Below are positions 39,639 through 40,670 of a DNA stretch of 40,670 bases, one piece after another (within the stretch, counting starts at the first letter, position 1; every line of letters starts with the position of its first letter). The stretch spans positions 1-40,670 of the forward strand of contig JBKKDI010000319.1 of the NCBI GenBank assembly GCA_046708645.1, given 5' to 3'. Source of the DNA: Aestuariivirga sp. GTDB lineage: Bacteria > Pseudomonadota > Alphaproteobacteria > Rhizobiales > Aestuariivirgaceae. The notes beneath the pieces were generated by a model. The model searched no databases, was not told where the DNA came from, and saw nothing but the letters and a program-made list of their open reading frames with translations. Position numbers and translations under genes: made by a program.

Positions 39639-39962
39639 ATGAAATTCCGTCCTCTGCACGACCGCGTGGTTGTGAAACGGGTCGAAGAAGATACCAAGAC
39701 CAAGGGTGGCATCATTATTCCGGACACCGCCCAGGAGAAGCCCATGCAGGGCGAAATCATCGCCGTGGGCCCGGGCGGCCGCGATGAAGCGGGCAAGCTG
39801 ACCCCGATCGATGTCAAGGCAGGCGATATCGTGCTGTTCGGCAAATGGTCGGGCACCGAAGTCAAGATCGATGGCACCGAGTTCCTGATCATGAAAGAGA
39901 GCGACATCATGGGCGTTCTCGAAGGAAAGTCAGCCACCAACACCACCAAGAAGGCGGCTTGA
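39639..39962 (+). CDS. groES: Co-chaperonin GroES
   Basis: [40 protein letters not shown]. Confidence 0.98.
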   Translation: MKFRPLHDRVVVKRVEEDTKTKGGIIIPDTAQEKPMQGEIIAVGPGGRDEAGKLTPIDVKAGDIVLFGKWSGTEVKIDGTEFLIMKESDIMGVLEGKSATNTTKKAA

Positions 39963-39990
39963 TCGTCCTCTCTCACCCATCAACAAATAA

Positions 39991-40670
<680 letters not shown>

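Overview
A GC-rich, very compact alphaproteobacterial (Hyphomicrobiales/Rhizobiales-like) chromosomal segment, almost entirely coding. Left to right: the 5' end of an ATP-dependent DNA ligase and its ligase-associated exonuclease; ispH-rnhA; peroxiredoxin; a DsbD-N-domain protein; yqgE/algH; a large membrane GGDEF-EAL protein; rimJ-like GNAT, M16 peptidase and thrC at the end of the aa3 cytochrome c oxidase operon (coxB, ctaD, ctaB, small membrane protein, ctaG, cox3, DUF983, SURF1); ialB-like gene; tldD-HAD-MATE; DUF1127/LysR; a frameshifted nitronate monooxygenase; gshA; rsmE; ubiA-pmbA-IMPase-DUF4170; a REP-like palindromic doublet; ribF, a HAD hydrolase and a degenerate EAL (TipF-like) gene; an apparently accessory block (omega-transaminase, RHH-cytochrome c-glyoxalase-Tat subunit-GMC dehydrogenase, DUF1127/MocR); and CIRCE-controlled groES-groEL running off the end. 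The best candidate for an uncharacterised system is the 34.4-37.7 kb operon of Cys-rich RHH regulator, cytochrome c, glyoxalase, Tat subunit and GMC flavoprotein. Also notable are two equal-length DUF1127 paralogues, each divergent from a different regulator family. No rRNA, tRNA, CRISPR array or transposase was recognised. All family assignments come from manual motif recognition, not database searches.
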